Source: Candidatus Latescibacterota bacterium (GTDB lineage Bacteria; Latescibacterota; UBA2968). From it: 64,000 nt of DNA. A model generated the notes under the pieces. It ran no database searches and had not been told where the DNA came from. It worked only from the letters and a program-made list of their open reading frames with translations. The DNA is taken from positions 3,232,001 to 3,296,000 of the forward strand of contig OZ242311.1 in NCBI GenBank assembly GCA_965207885.1, read 5' to 3'. Position 1 is the stretch's first letter, and the number at the start of each line of letters is the position of its first letter. Shown piece after piece: positions 54,930 to 64,000 of this stretch. A program made the translations under genes and the position numbers.

Positions 54930-55988
54930 TCACGCTCCTATCTCGCGAACGGTTTTGACACCGCGAATAAAATAGTGATAAACTACTGACCCCTTAAAAA
55001 GACGCCGTTCAATCTCGCCATCTCCCACGCTTCTGAACCGCTGGGCTTCTCGCCGTCGCCGCAGGATATTGAACGGATGCAGCAATACCCATAAAAGGCC
55101 AGCTATTGCCGCAACGGGATGTTTCCAATTGCCCTTTAGCAACAAACCCAAATTTGCCAGTTCCATAGCTACGCGAACCGGAAATTTATACAACAGCCGC
55201 GAAAGGGAAAAGTTTTTCAACAACATCACGAGCTGATTGCGGTGATTCAAATACGCTTTTCTATAACTCTCTGCACCCAGCGTAAATCCGCCGTAGTGAT
55301 ATACGAGAGAATCGGGCACATAGACAATGCGATACCCTGCAAGGTGAAACCGCCAGGACAGATCGATCTCTTCCATATGCATTATAAATCCCTCATCTAT
55401 CAGCCCCGTTTTTTTGAGGCAATCCATACGCAAAAACATCGCTCCTCCAATAGCCCAAAAAATATCGCGGGAGTGATTGTATTGCCCCACATCTTCTTCG
55501 ACAAACTCAAATATCCTGCCCTGACAAAACGTAAATCCCCACTTATCCATCAGCCCGCCTGCAGCCCCGCCATAATCAAACATTTTGCGATTCTGTAGTG
55601 ACCGAACCCTGGACTGACACGCCCCAATTTCGGGATCGGATTTCAGGGCATCAATCAGCGGCGGCAACCACCCTTCGCCCACCTCCACATCCGAATTTAA
55701 CAACATCGCATACGCGCCCTTTGCAACCTCCAACCCCCGGTTGCACCCGGCGCCCATCCCCTTGCTCGGCTTTCCATGTCCCCCACCCGTCTTCACAATG
55801 CGAATATCCGGAAACTTTTCCAATGCCCTGTCCAGACTGCCGTCGGAATAAGGCTGATCATCTGCTACAATAACTTCAAAGGGAACATCCGATGTCCGCG
55901 CATAGACAAATGTCAGACATTCGGAAAGAATATCTCCCAAATAATGGGGAATGATAATTGAGACCAATGGTTTATTATACTCTTCCAT
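54930..55988 (-). CDS. Glycosyltransferase family 2 protein
   Basis: VSIIIP, LLNSDVEV, DYGGAAGG, FWAIGGAMF and HMEEIDLSWR motifs. Confidence 0.92.
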   Translation of the reverse strand: MEEYNKPLVSIIIPHYLGDILSECLTFVYARTSDVPFEVIVADDQPYSDGSLDRALEKFPDIRIVKTGGGHGKPSKGMGAGCNRGLEVAKGAYAMLLNSDVEVGEGWLPPLIDALKSDPEIGACQSRVRSLQNRKMFDYGGAAGGLMDKWGFTFCQGRIFEFVEEDVGQYNHSRDIFWAIGGAMFLRMDCLKKTGLIDEGFIMHMEEIDLSWRFHLAGYRIVYVPDSLVYHYGGFTLGAESYRKAYLNHRNQLVMLLKNFSLSRLLYKFPVRVAMELANLGLLLKGNWKHPVAAIAGLLWVLLHPFNILRRRREAQRFRSVGDGEIERRLFKGSVVYHYFIRGVKTVREIGA

Positions 55989-56011
55989 CTGAAAATCTCG
56001 GACTTCCTCTA

Positions 56012-57088
56012 TTAAAACGCTACCTCTACACCCAATTCCTCGGCCGCTTTTTCCAAACCTCCCACATGGGTTTCATGTAGCGGAATCCCCGTCTTTTCCC
56101 ACGCGGCTTTTTTAAGCCACTCAATCTCACCGGGCAAGTAAACGCGATCCACGCCTTCTTTTGGGCGAGACGCTCGAATCGCCTGAATCATCCGATCAAC
56201 TTCTCGTTTGAAATCCGACACATCGCAAAATGTCTCGATCTTGATCGCCTGAAAAAAATGACTGGCCCGTCGCTGCCCTTGATATTCATCTTCCCTATTC
56301 ACCGTTGCCAGACCAAAAGGCAGAATACCGCTCAAAACATCCATCACCACATTAAGCCCCGATCCCTTCGCACCACCGGGAGCTACCAGCGCGTACGCGC
56401 GATGAGGATCATCAGTCACCTGCCCATCCTCATCTAACACCCACTCGCCGTCTAATTTTTTTCCGTACAAACGCATAGTGCCCACCCGCCCCCAGGCGGA
56501 CCGTCCCGTCGCCATATCCAGCACAATGGGATATTCCCGACCCGCCGGAATCGCATAAGCCAGCGCGTGATTCCCCAACAACCTGTCTATCCCGCCATAT
56601 GGCGCCACGCCCCGACTACTGCTCGACACGCAAAAACCGATCATATCCCGGTCCAATGCCATCGTTGCATAACAGGCCGCTGCGCCGTAGTGACGGCTAT
56701 TTATAACTGTTGTTGCAGCAATCCCCAGTTTATCTGCTTTTGCAATTGCCAGTTGCATCGCGCGATAAGATGCCAGATGTCCCAAACACCCATCGCCATC
56801 TACCGTTGCCGACGCGGGTCCTTCGCGGACAACGCGAATTTCGGGTTTGGGATTTGTGTGACCAGTTTGAATGCGCTTTAAGTAACCCGGCACAGCCCGC
56901 GTACCGTGTGAATGAACCCCGCGCACATCTGTCTCAACTTGCAAATCGGCCATCAACCGCGCATCTGCCCTCGGCACGCCAGCCGCTTCATAAAGCCGTT
57001 GCGTCGTCTCTCTCAAATCGCGAACCTGAATCAACCGCTCCTGTTCACCCGCCTCTATCGGCACAATACCATTCACGAGTTCATGCAT
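56012..57088 (-). CDS. Ldh2 family (malate/L-lactate/sulfolactate) oxidoreductase
   Basis: RGVHSHG, NSRHYGAA, VLDMAT, KGSGL and VYLPGE motifs. Confidence 0.9.
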   Translation of the reverse strand: MHELVNGIVPIEAGEQERLIQVRDLRETTQRLYEAAGVPRADARLMADLQVETDVRGVHSHGTRAVPGYLKRIQTGHTNPKPEIRVVREGPASATVDGDGCLGHLASYRAMQLAIAKADKLGIAATTVINSRHYGAAACYATMALDRDMIGFCVSSSSRGVAPYGGIDRLLGNHALAYAIPAGREYPIVLDMATGRSAWGRVGTMRLYGKKLDGEWVLDEDGQVTDDPHRAYALVAPGGAKGSGLNVVMDVLSGILPFGLATVNREDEYQGQRRASHFFQAIKIETFCDVSDFKREVDRMIQAIRASRPKEGVDRVYLPGEIEWLKKAAWEKTGIPLHETHVGGLEKAAEELGVEVAF

Positions 57089-57234
57089 AAAAACCTCCAA
57101 ACTCCTTGCTCAAATTAAAGAGACATTTTAAGTTATCAGCATACCCAATCATTCTCCAAAATAAGACCTGAAAGGGGAAACACGAGAGAGATTGGATCGT
57201 CTTAATTTTACGTCTCATCTCTAAGGAAATCACC

Positions 57235-58614
57235 ATGGATTACGATGTCATCGTCATTGGCGGCGGGAGTGCGGGATACGCCGCTGCGCGCACGGCACAA
57301 GAACTCGGTGCAAAAGTTGCCATTATCGACAAAGGGCCTCTCGGTGGTCTGTGCATCTTGCGCGGCTGCATGCCCACCAAAACCATCCTGCGCTCATCCG
57401 AAATCATGTCCTTGATGCGCCGCGCAAAAGAATTTGGCCTGCGCGCTTCTAATTTGCGCGCAAATCTCGCCGAAATCAACGACCGCAAACGCGCACTCAT
57501 CAGCGAATTTGCAGATTATCGCATCGAGCAACTGCGCAATCCGCGATTTACTCTCATCAACGGCACGGCGCAGTTTGTCAATCGCAACACCATCACAGTG
57601 GAAAAACAAAATATCACCGCGCGAAGTTTCATCATCAGCACGGGATCAACCGTTGCCGACATCGCCATTCCCGGCTTGAAAGAAGTGGGCTATATCACAA
57701 GCGATGAAGCACTTGAACTACGAGAATTGCCAGAATCGATGATCGTTTTAGGCGGCGGACCTGTCGCAACGGAATTTGCGCAATTCTTCTGCCGTCTGGG
57801 AACACACACCACACTCATTCAACGTAGCAATCACATCTTCAGCAGCACAGACGAAGACCTCGCGCGTCCGGTGGAAGCCCGCTTTAGAGAAGAAGGCATG
57901 AAAGTCTTTACCGACACGCAATTGCAAAAATTTACGACCAAAAACAATGCCAAAATCGCCCATTTTCACCACAGAGGCGAACTCCGTCGCGCTTCGGCAG
58001 ACATAATTCTCCATGCTTTGGGGCGTATGCCCGCCATCCAATCGCTCGCGCTTGAAAATGCCGGCGTAAGCGTTGAGCGCGGACGCATTCTCGTGGATCA
58101 TCACATGCGCACCAGCGCGCCCAATATTTATGCAGCGGGCGATTGTACGGGACTCTACGAAATCGTACACATCGCCGTTCAGCAAGGCGAGATAGCCGGT
58201 CACAACGCCGTTGATGGAACCAAAAATCAGAGCATCGACTACAGGCTCAAGGCCGAAGTTGTCTTCACCGATCCGCAATTTGCGTCTGTGGGCCTCACCG
58301 AGAAAGAATGCCGCGAGCAAAAGATCCCCTATCGCGTTGCGTCCTATCCCTTTGACGACCACGGCAAATCCATGGTCCTGGGAGAACTTCATGGATTTGT
58401 CAAAATCCTCTGCCATCCCGAAACAGGCGAAATCATCGGTGGGCATATCGTCGGTCCAGAAGCCGGCGAACTTTTTCACGAACTCATCGCCATCATGCAC
58501 TTTCGCGGCACAGTACAAGACCTCATGAGCATCCCGCATTACCATCCCACACTATCGGAAATACTCACCTATCCGGCAGAAGACCTCGTTGAAGAAATTC
58601 AGTCCTCGCGATGA
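57235..58614 (+). CDS. Pyridine nucleotide-disulfide oxidoreductase (dihydrolipoyl dehydrogenase family)
   Basis: IGGGSAG, GGLCILRGCMPTK redox disulfide, GGGPVATE, AAGD and HYHPTLSE motifs. Confidence 0.9.
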   Translation: MDYDVIVIGGGSAGYAAARTAQELGAKVAIIDKGPLGGLCILRGCMPTKTILRSSEIMSLMRRAKEFGLRASNLRANLAEINDRKRALISEFADYRIEQLRNPRFTLINGTAQFVNRNTITVEKQNITARSFIISTGSTVADIAIPGLKEVGYITSDEALELRELPESMIVLGGGPVATEFAQFFCRLGTHTTLIQRSNHIFSSTDEDLARPVEARFREEGMKVFTDTQLQKFTTKNNAKIAHFHHRGELRRASADIILHALGRMPAIQSLALENAGVSVERGRILVDHHMRTSAPNIYAAGDCTGLYEIVHIAVQQGEIAGHNAVDGTKNQSIDYRLKAEVVFTDPQFASVGLTEKECREQKIPYRVASYPFDDHGKSMVLGELHGFVKILCHPETGEIIGGHIVGPEAGELFHELIAIMHFRGTVQDLMSIPHYHPTLSEILTYPAEDLVEEIQSSR

Positions 58615-59939
58615 ATAACGGGTTTTAACTGATAGGCGAGCATTGCGGCAAATGGGATAAATAATAGGGAAATGCGAAACAAATTCTGATAGGAAATCCA
58701 CGCGACCAGCACTCCGGCCAGCATGGGCAACAAGCCTTGCGGAAACATAAACATATTCATAAAGCTGGTATAAGTCGGCCTTCGGTCAGCAGGCGCGATA
58801 TCGAGAACATACGTCATGCGCCCCGAATACATGCCGCTTTGTGCTGCGCCAGAAAAAATGAACGTAAATGCATACACCACAACTCTCAAATCCACCTCTG
58901 TACCCCAGAAATTGAGGAGATGATTGGGCACATACACGATACATATCGGAATCAGAATGGACAACGCGAGCAAGCAGGTGCCGTACAAAAACAACGCCTG
59001 ATTGCCCTTGTAACGCCCCACCCATGCCCACGCCACATTTGAAAAAACCGAGCTAAACTGCATCGCAATCACATAAAACCCTATATAAACGACTCCAATA
59101 CCCAACCCAGAAATCGCATAAGGCACGTAAAACGGCCCGCCCATCATGCTAAAACCCCACAAAAATTGCACCATGCACAAACGCCTGAAATTCACATCCT
59201 CCTTCATCAAACTCAGCCCACTGATCAAATAATTTTTTAGGGAGAGCTGTGCGCGCGTGCTTTTTTCAATAGGTTCGCGGATCATGCCAAATGTCAGCAC
59301 GGCCAGTGCCGTACCCGAACCAGACAGCATAAATAATACCGCGTAATTATTGGGAAACGCAAGACCGCTCTGCGCGCTCAAAATATAGGAAATCAGAACA
59401 CCTGCAACCATCGACATCACACCACCTGAAAAGCGGCGCAGAGCAAAAACTTTTGCCCGATGCGACGCTGGAATCGCCTTGCCCATCAAATCCATCCACG
59501 GCACATTCATCACGCCCATCAGCGATGTTCCCAAAGCGTAAAACACCATAAACAAAGACAAAAAAATTGCGGGCTTCAACCCGCCGAAAAAAAACGTCAT
59601 CACGCCCACCAGAACCCACATTACACTTCGGGCCATACCCGCCCAGATCAGCAAGGGCATCTTTCGGGGTTTGGGTTCGATAATCCGGGAAATAAAAACT
59701 TGAGGCCAAGCCCAGCCCATTCTCATAAGCGCGCCAGCCATCCCGACCAGAATGCTGGACGTGGTCAGCGTTTGCACAAATGCTGGCATCACCAGATCAG
59801 CGCTGATAAACGTGTAAGCCATCATCACCATGCCGCCGTTGATCACCAGCAACCAGCTATTTCGGCGCGTCTCCCTTTGCGAGCGCCTCGCCGCCACCAC
59901 ATCGCGTAGCGGCGGTCCCCCATGCTGTGCCATTTCCAT
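58599..59939 (-). CDS. MFS transporter
   Basis: About 12 TM segments; WMDLMGKAIP..R and DIAPADRRPTY motifs. Confidence 0.88.
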   Translation of the reverse strand: MEMAQHGGPPLRDVVAARRSQRETRRNSWLLVINGGMVMMAYTFISADLVMPAFVQTLTTSSILVGMAGALMRMGWAWPQVFISRIIEPKPRKMPLLIWAGMARSVMWVLVGVMTFFFGGLKPAIFLSLFMVFYALGTSLMGVMNVPWMDLMGKAIPASHRAKVFALRRFSGGVMSMVAGVLISYILSAQSGLAFPNNYAVLFMLSGSGTALAVLTFGMIREPIEKSTRAQLSLKNYLISGLSLMKEDVNFRRLCMVQFLWGFSMMGGPFYVPYAISGLGIGVVYIGFYVIAMQFSSVFSNVAWAWVGRYKGNQALFLYGTCLLALSILIPICIVYVPNHLLNFWGTEVDLRVVVYAFTFIFSGAAQSGMYSGRMTYVLDIAPADRRPTYTSFMNMFMFPQGLLPMLAGVLVAWISYQNLFRISLLFIPFAAMLAYQLKPVIHRED

Positions 59940-59950
59940 GATTGGTAGTC

Positions 59951-61102
59951 CTATAAGCAATCTGCACCGTCAATAATAGACTGAATATCCACAATCCCAC
60001 ACCCCGGTCCCCCGGGAACACTCATCTTCCCATCTCGAATCTCGAGTGCGGGATCAAACCAATCGCGGTATTTCTCAATTCCCCTTTTGTATTCCTGATA
60101 CCGACCGATATCTGGTGTACAGGCGGCAAAGTGAAGCATATAAATAAACCCAAAGCCACCAGAAATATGTACGGTCGTCGGCATCCTGGCCAGAGCGGCC
60201 ATTCGCGCAACGCGCGTCGAGCGAATAAGCCCTCCGTAATAATGCAAATCGGGCTGCACAATATCCACACCGCGATTGGCAATCATCCATCGAAACCTTC
60301 GGTCGCTGAACTCCTGCTCGCCTCCAGAAACGGGAATATCCAGCGCATCGGCAACCATCTTTGTATCCTCAAGGTGATCAAACGGACATGGTTCTTCAAA
60401 ATAAACAGCTTCAATATCTTCGAGCATGCGTCCCACTTCAATCGCCTGCGGCGGATCGTAAGAGCTATTGGAATCCGCGTGAATATCAATCGCATCACCG
60501 AGGACCTTGCGAGACAACGCGATCAAATTTGGTGTTCGCCCGGGCCTGGCATCTGCATTTTTGCTCATGCGCCCGCCAATTCTAAACTTCACGGCTGGCG
60601 CACCCGTCTCGTCGATCAGACGCTGCAAATAAACCACCTCTTCTTCCGGTGTGCTATCCCTGCGTCCGCTCGCAACATAAAAGGGAACCCACTCGCGCAC
60701 AACGCCGCCCAGGAGTTTGGGAATGGACTTTTGTGCAACCCGACCGAGCAAATCCAACAGCGCCATCTCAACCCACGCCACACAACACCAGAAAGCCAAC
60801 CCCTGCAATTTGTAATTGCTGCTGTGGCGGTACACGCCCCACAGATGGTCTTCGAGATCGCGGGCATCTTTCCCGATAAAATAGGGAATTACCAACTCGT
60901 TGAGAATCGGATACACGTATTGTGCCCGCCCATTTGTAAATGCCAGACCCTCCACACCATCTCTCGAACGCACATGCACGTAATACTCTCGCGCATCTTT
61001 GAGCAACTGAATAGATTCGATCACAACCGGCTCATCCAGCCCATCTAAGACCAGAACGGGTTTTTCAGCCGCCTCATCCAGTGCCGCAATACTCGGTGTC
61101 AT
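59951..61102 (-). CDS. Mandelate racemase / muconate lactonizing enzyme family protein
   Basis: AVKFRIG, ADSNSSY, FEEP, GGEQE, VQPD and PGGPGCG motifs; start reassigned to ATG 61102. Confidence 0.9.
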   Translation of the reverse strand: MTPSIAALDEAAEKPVLVLDGLDEPVVIESIQLLKDAREYYVHVRSRDGVEGLAFTNGRAQYVYPILNELVIPYFIGKDARDLEDHLWGVYRHSSNYKLQGLAFWCCVAWVEMALLDLLGRVAQKSIPKLLGGVVREWVPFYVASGRRDSTPEEEVVYLQRLIDETGAPAVKFRIGGRMSKNADARPGRTPNLIALSRKVLGDAIDIHADSNSSYDPPQAIEVGRMLEDIEAVYFEEPCPFDHLEDTKMVADALDIPVSGGEQEFSDRRFRWMIANRGVDIVQPDLHYYGGLIRSTRVARMAALARMPTTVHISGGFGFIYMLHFAACTPDIGRYQEYKRGIEKYRDWFDPALEIRDGKMSVPGGPGCGIVDIQSIIDGADCL

Positions 61103-61103
61103 T

Positions 61104-62222
61104 TCAAGTCCCCTGCCGCGAATTTTGAATTTTTTCTTGCAATTTTTCAAAGTACAAGTCCCGGTCAACGGGAATATCGACCCAATCGTCCAGCCAGGAA
61201 GACAAAAGCATCGCATTTGATAATTCAATGCCGTGAATGCCTTCAACCCCGGGCGCGAGCAATGGGCTCCCATTCAATATGGCGTCACACCAGTTGTTAA
61301 TTATACCGCGGTGCGCCCCGCCATCTTCGCCGAGAGGAATATCGAGCTTTTCCAACCTGGGTTTGCCAAATCCGCCCGTATATCCCCGAGAGAATTCACT
61401 CAGGGAAACGTTCGAACGCCACCACACAATTTTATTGTTTTCCATAACCACCTTGCCGCGATCCGTCGCTATCTCCAGGCGATTACTTCCGGGAAACTCC
61501 CCAGTCGTGGTAATGAACACGCCCGTCGCACCGCTGTCGTATTCCACATACGCAGTGACATCGTCATCCACTTCAATATCGTGATATTTGCCATAGCTGA
61601 TAAAAGCTCGCACGCGTGAGGGCATCCCGCAGATCCACTGCCACAGATCCAAATTATGCGGGCACTGATTCATCAACACACCGCCCCCCTCGCCCGACCA
61701 GGTCGCGCGCCATTCGCCCTTATCGTAATAACTTTGAGCGCGAAACCAGTTTGTGACGATATAATTCGTGCGCTGAATATCTCCCAATTCGCCAGAAGCC
61801 ACCAATTCTCGCAATTTTTGATGGTGTGGGCGAGTTCGCTGATTGAACATCAGGGCAAACACTTTGCCACTTTTTTCAGCGGCCTCATTCATCTCATAGA
61901 CTTGCCTGGTATATACGCCTGCGGGTTTCTCGATCAATACATGCAAATCGTTCTCAAATCCCTTTATCGCATAAGTCGGATGATCGTAATGCGGCGTCGC
62001 CACAATAATCGCATCAACAGCTCCCGAAGTGATCAGGTCATCGCCATTGTCGAATGTCCGCACGTTTTCCCCGAGAGTTTCACGCGCCCACTGAATCCTA
62101 TTCGGATCGACATCGCAGACCGCTATCAATTCACCATGCGGAATATCGTCCTCCGCAAAATACTTCGCGTGACCTCCCCCTCTGCCGCCAATGCCAATAA
62201 TGCCAACTCTCACCTTTTCCAT
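61104..62222 (-). CDS. Gfo/Idh/MocA family oxidoreductase
   Basis: GIIGIGGRG, ATPHYDH, IEKPAG, WRATWSGEGGGVLMNQCPHNLD motifs. Confidence 0.93.
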   Translation of the reverse strand: MEKVRVGIIGIGGRGGGHAKYFAEDDIPHGELIAVCDVDPNRIQWARETLGENVRTFDNGDDLITSGAVDAIIVATPHYDHPTYAIKGFENDLHVLIEKPAGVYTRQVYEMNEAAEKSGKVFALMFNQRTRPHHQKLRELVASGELGDIQRTNYIVTNWFRAQSYYDKGEWRATWSGEGGGVLMNQCPHNLDLWQWICGMPSRVRAFISYGKYHDIEVDDDVTAYVEYDSGATGVFITTTGEFPGSNRLEIATDRGKVVMENNKIVWWRSNVSLSEFSRGYTGGFGKPRLEKLDIPLGEDGGAHRGIINNWCDAILNGSPLLAPGVEGIHGIELSNAMLLSSWLDDWVDIPVDRDLYFEKLQEKIQNSRQGT

Positions 62223-62250
62223 AATGCCAACACCTCCTTTAAATCTGTCA

Positions 62251-64000
62251 TCATCGCCCCTCGTGCTGCCGATTAAGTTGCGCCTTCAATGCGTTTTCCA
62301 TCGCTTCGGTCGCAATAAAAAAATTATCGGGATAACGCGCATGTTCCAAAAGTGCCGTATAAATCGCATCTGCCTCATAGTTATTCAAACCCAACCCGGC
62401 CAAATACTGGAGCCGCATATTGCGATCCAGATTGATCTGCGCATCTGTGAGCCATTCATCCAGATCATGCGCGCGCCCGGCGTATGTCGAAAGCAGCGCG
62501 ACAGATGATCCCAGAGACACCTCATCAAGCGAGTACCACACCTCCGTGTAATCCTCGCGATCCAAACGCTCCTGCAAAGCATCGACATCGACGGATAGAG
62601 GTCCCTCTTGTCCCAACAGCACAACATCATACCCTTCGCCATCATCTTGATTGCCCCAAATTGTCCCGTGCGGAAACACCTCAAAAAAAGTCGCTATCTC
62701 GCTCTTCACCGCATCTAACCGCGACTCGTAAAGTGGAACCCATTGCGTAATAACACCTCCGGGATTCAAACGCTCTTTGCACAATTCAAAATACTCTTTC
62801 GAATACAGCGCGCCAGCACCCTTAACCCAGGGGTGAATCGGGTCTGACGTAATAATATCGAATTTCTCATCTGTTGCCAGAAGATAATGTCGCGCATCGT
62901 CAATAATGATCGCCACCCGGGGATCATTTAACACATCGTAGTTCTCTGGACCAAAATACACATCGGCTGCTGGCGGAATCAACGGCTCGATCTCGCAGAT
63001 GACAATGCGTTCAACACTCGGATATAAAACATAAGTTCCCGCCGTCACCCCCGCACCACACCCAACCACGAGCACAGAACGCGGTTCCCTGTGCATCAAT
63101 GCAGAAAGATGCCCCAACAGGCGCTGCAAACGCATATCCTGTGGCTCGCTGGAAGCCACAATTTTTCCACTAACGTGAAAATTCCGCACGCCATTGTCCA
63201 ACTCAGACACCGCAACCGATGCATTCATCCCTTCACCCACGTAAATATATGTCGCGTCCTCTCCCCAATCGAGAAGCGAACGCCCGTAAGCAATCAGCGA
63301 TGGCGGCGGTCCCGGCATACTCCACACCAGCAAAGAAACCCCCACCACAACGCCAACCCACCGATCTGACCTGACCCTTCTATCCCCATCTCTCACCTGC
63401 CACAAACTGCGCCCAAACATCAAAACGGCCCCAAATGCAGAAAGGATAAGTAACACCTGTTGCGCTATCTGCGTCCCCAAAAGCGCGATCAAAACCACAC
63501 TAAAACCGAGTGCCCCCACAATTGCACCTGCCGTATTGGCCGCATACACACTGCCAGCCAGCGCGCCGGGATCGCGCCCCTGTAAACGCGCCGCAGCAAG
63601 CGCCAGAGGAAAACTCATGCCCCACAGCATAGTCGCGGGGAAAATAGCCACAAAACAACGCAGCAAATCCAATTGAAATTGCACTGCATAAGTCCCCCCC
63701 GATGTCCAATAGGGAAGCAACTGAGAAAGCGCATAAGCCGCCCAGGCAATTGCGCCAACAAGAAGAAGCTGGCACCACCCAAGTGCGATTTTGGAATTTA
63801 CTTTTGTGCGTGCAAAATATGCCCCCACACTACTACCCACACCCAGCCCGATCAGAAAAACCCCCAGGATAATTGAAAAAGCGTAAACAGTTGCACCCAT
63901 CATAAGCGATAGCAACCGCGTCCAAATTACCTGAGCACCCAGCGCGCACACGCCGGAAATTGCAATCGTCACATAAACTCGCCAGGCCTCTATCATCCAC
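62251..64000 (-). CDS. Fused membrane (MFS-like) / spermidine synthase-like protein, 5' end beyond the window
   Basis: WTRLLSL..GATVYAFS, YAANTAGAIVG TM region; VLVVGCGAGVT, EIEP, DDARHY, DIITSDP SAM-binding domain. Confidence 0.88.
   Translation of the reverse strand, partial: WMIEAWRVYVTIAISGVCALGAQVIWTRLLSLMMGATVYAFSIILGVFLIGLGVGSSVGAYFARTKVNSKIALGWCQLLLVGAIAWAAYALSQLLPYWTSGGTYAVQFQLDLLRCFVAIFPATMLWGMSFPLALAAARLQGRDPGALAGSVYAANTAGAIVGALGFSVVLIALLGTQIAQQVLLILSAFGAVLMFGRSLWQVRDGDRRVRSDRWVGVVVGVSLLVWSMPGPPPSLIAYGRSLLDWGEDATYIYVGEGMNASVAVSELDNGVRNFHVSGKIVASSEPQDMRLQRLLGHLSALMHREPRSVLVVGCGAGVTAGTYVLYPSVERIVICEIEPLIPPAADVYFGPENYDVLNDPRVAIIIDDARHYLLATDEKFDIITSDPIHPWVKGAGALYSKEYFELCKERLNPGGVITQWVPLYESRLDAVKSEIATFFEVFPHGTIWGNQDDGEGYDVVLLGQEGPLSVDVDALQERLDREDYTEVWYSLDEVSLGSSVALLSTYAGRAHDLDEWLTDAQINLDRNMRLQYLAGLGLNNYEADAIYTALLEHARYPDNFFIATEAMENALKAQLNRQHEGR

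Noticed and set aside
57235-58614. Mercuric reductase MerA
   Set aside because: No C-terminal Cys-Cys pair, no HMA domain, no mer genes.
58599-58614. Short 3' overlaps of convergent genes (also 35054-35057 and 44431-44436)
   Set aside because: Common in compact genomes; no evidence of special function.
1-64000. tRNA/rRNA genes, prophage, recognisable defence systems
   Set aside because: None seen by eye, and the intergenic spaces are short. tRNAscan-SE and Infernal would be needed to exclude small RNAs.

Overview
A gene-dense, mostly metabolic 64-kb bacterial segment. It carries five Gfo/Idh/MocA oxidoreductases, two sulfatase-fold enzymes, a PhyH dioxygenase, and proteins with cohesin, FlgD-Ig and dockerin-like domains. 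That mix suggests an FCB-superphylum organism such as Latescibacterota; this is an inference only. Recognisable blocks are: (1) a Tat-exported PaoABC/Xdh-like molybdoenzyme operon with a cytochrome b and a hidden 51-aa membrane protein; (2) a five-gene ExbB/ExbD-like operon with a TonB-like protein that has a sigma4-like N-terminus, a TPR protein and a PEGA protein, which fits no standard TonB/Tol/Mot/Zorya layout and is the best candidate for an undescribed system; (3) hsp20-clpB behind a consensus sigma54 promoter; (4) glaH plus a Thr-type sulfatase-like gene, divergent from a lysine riboswitch and asd; (5) mreBC and galU; (6) a complete IS4-family element with 17-bp TIRs and a 9-bp target duplication inserted in the last codons of a gene; (7) a ccsA-sirC-hemA-hemC-(orf59)-cobA/hemD tetrapyrrole operon and anmK. 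I saw no rRNA, tRNA or CRISPR array. All protein calls come from motif recognition by eye, with no database searches.
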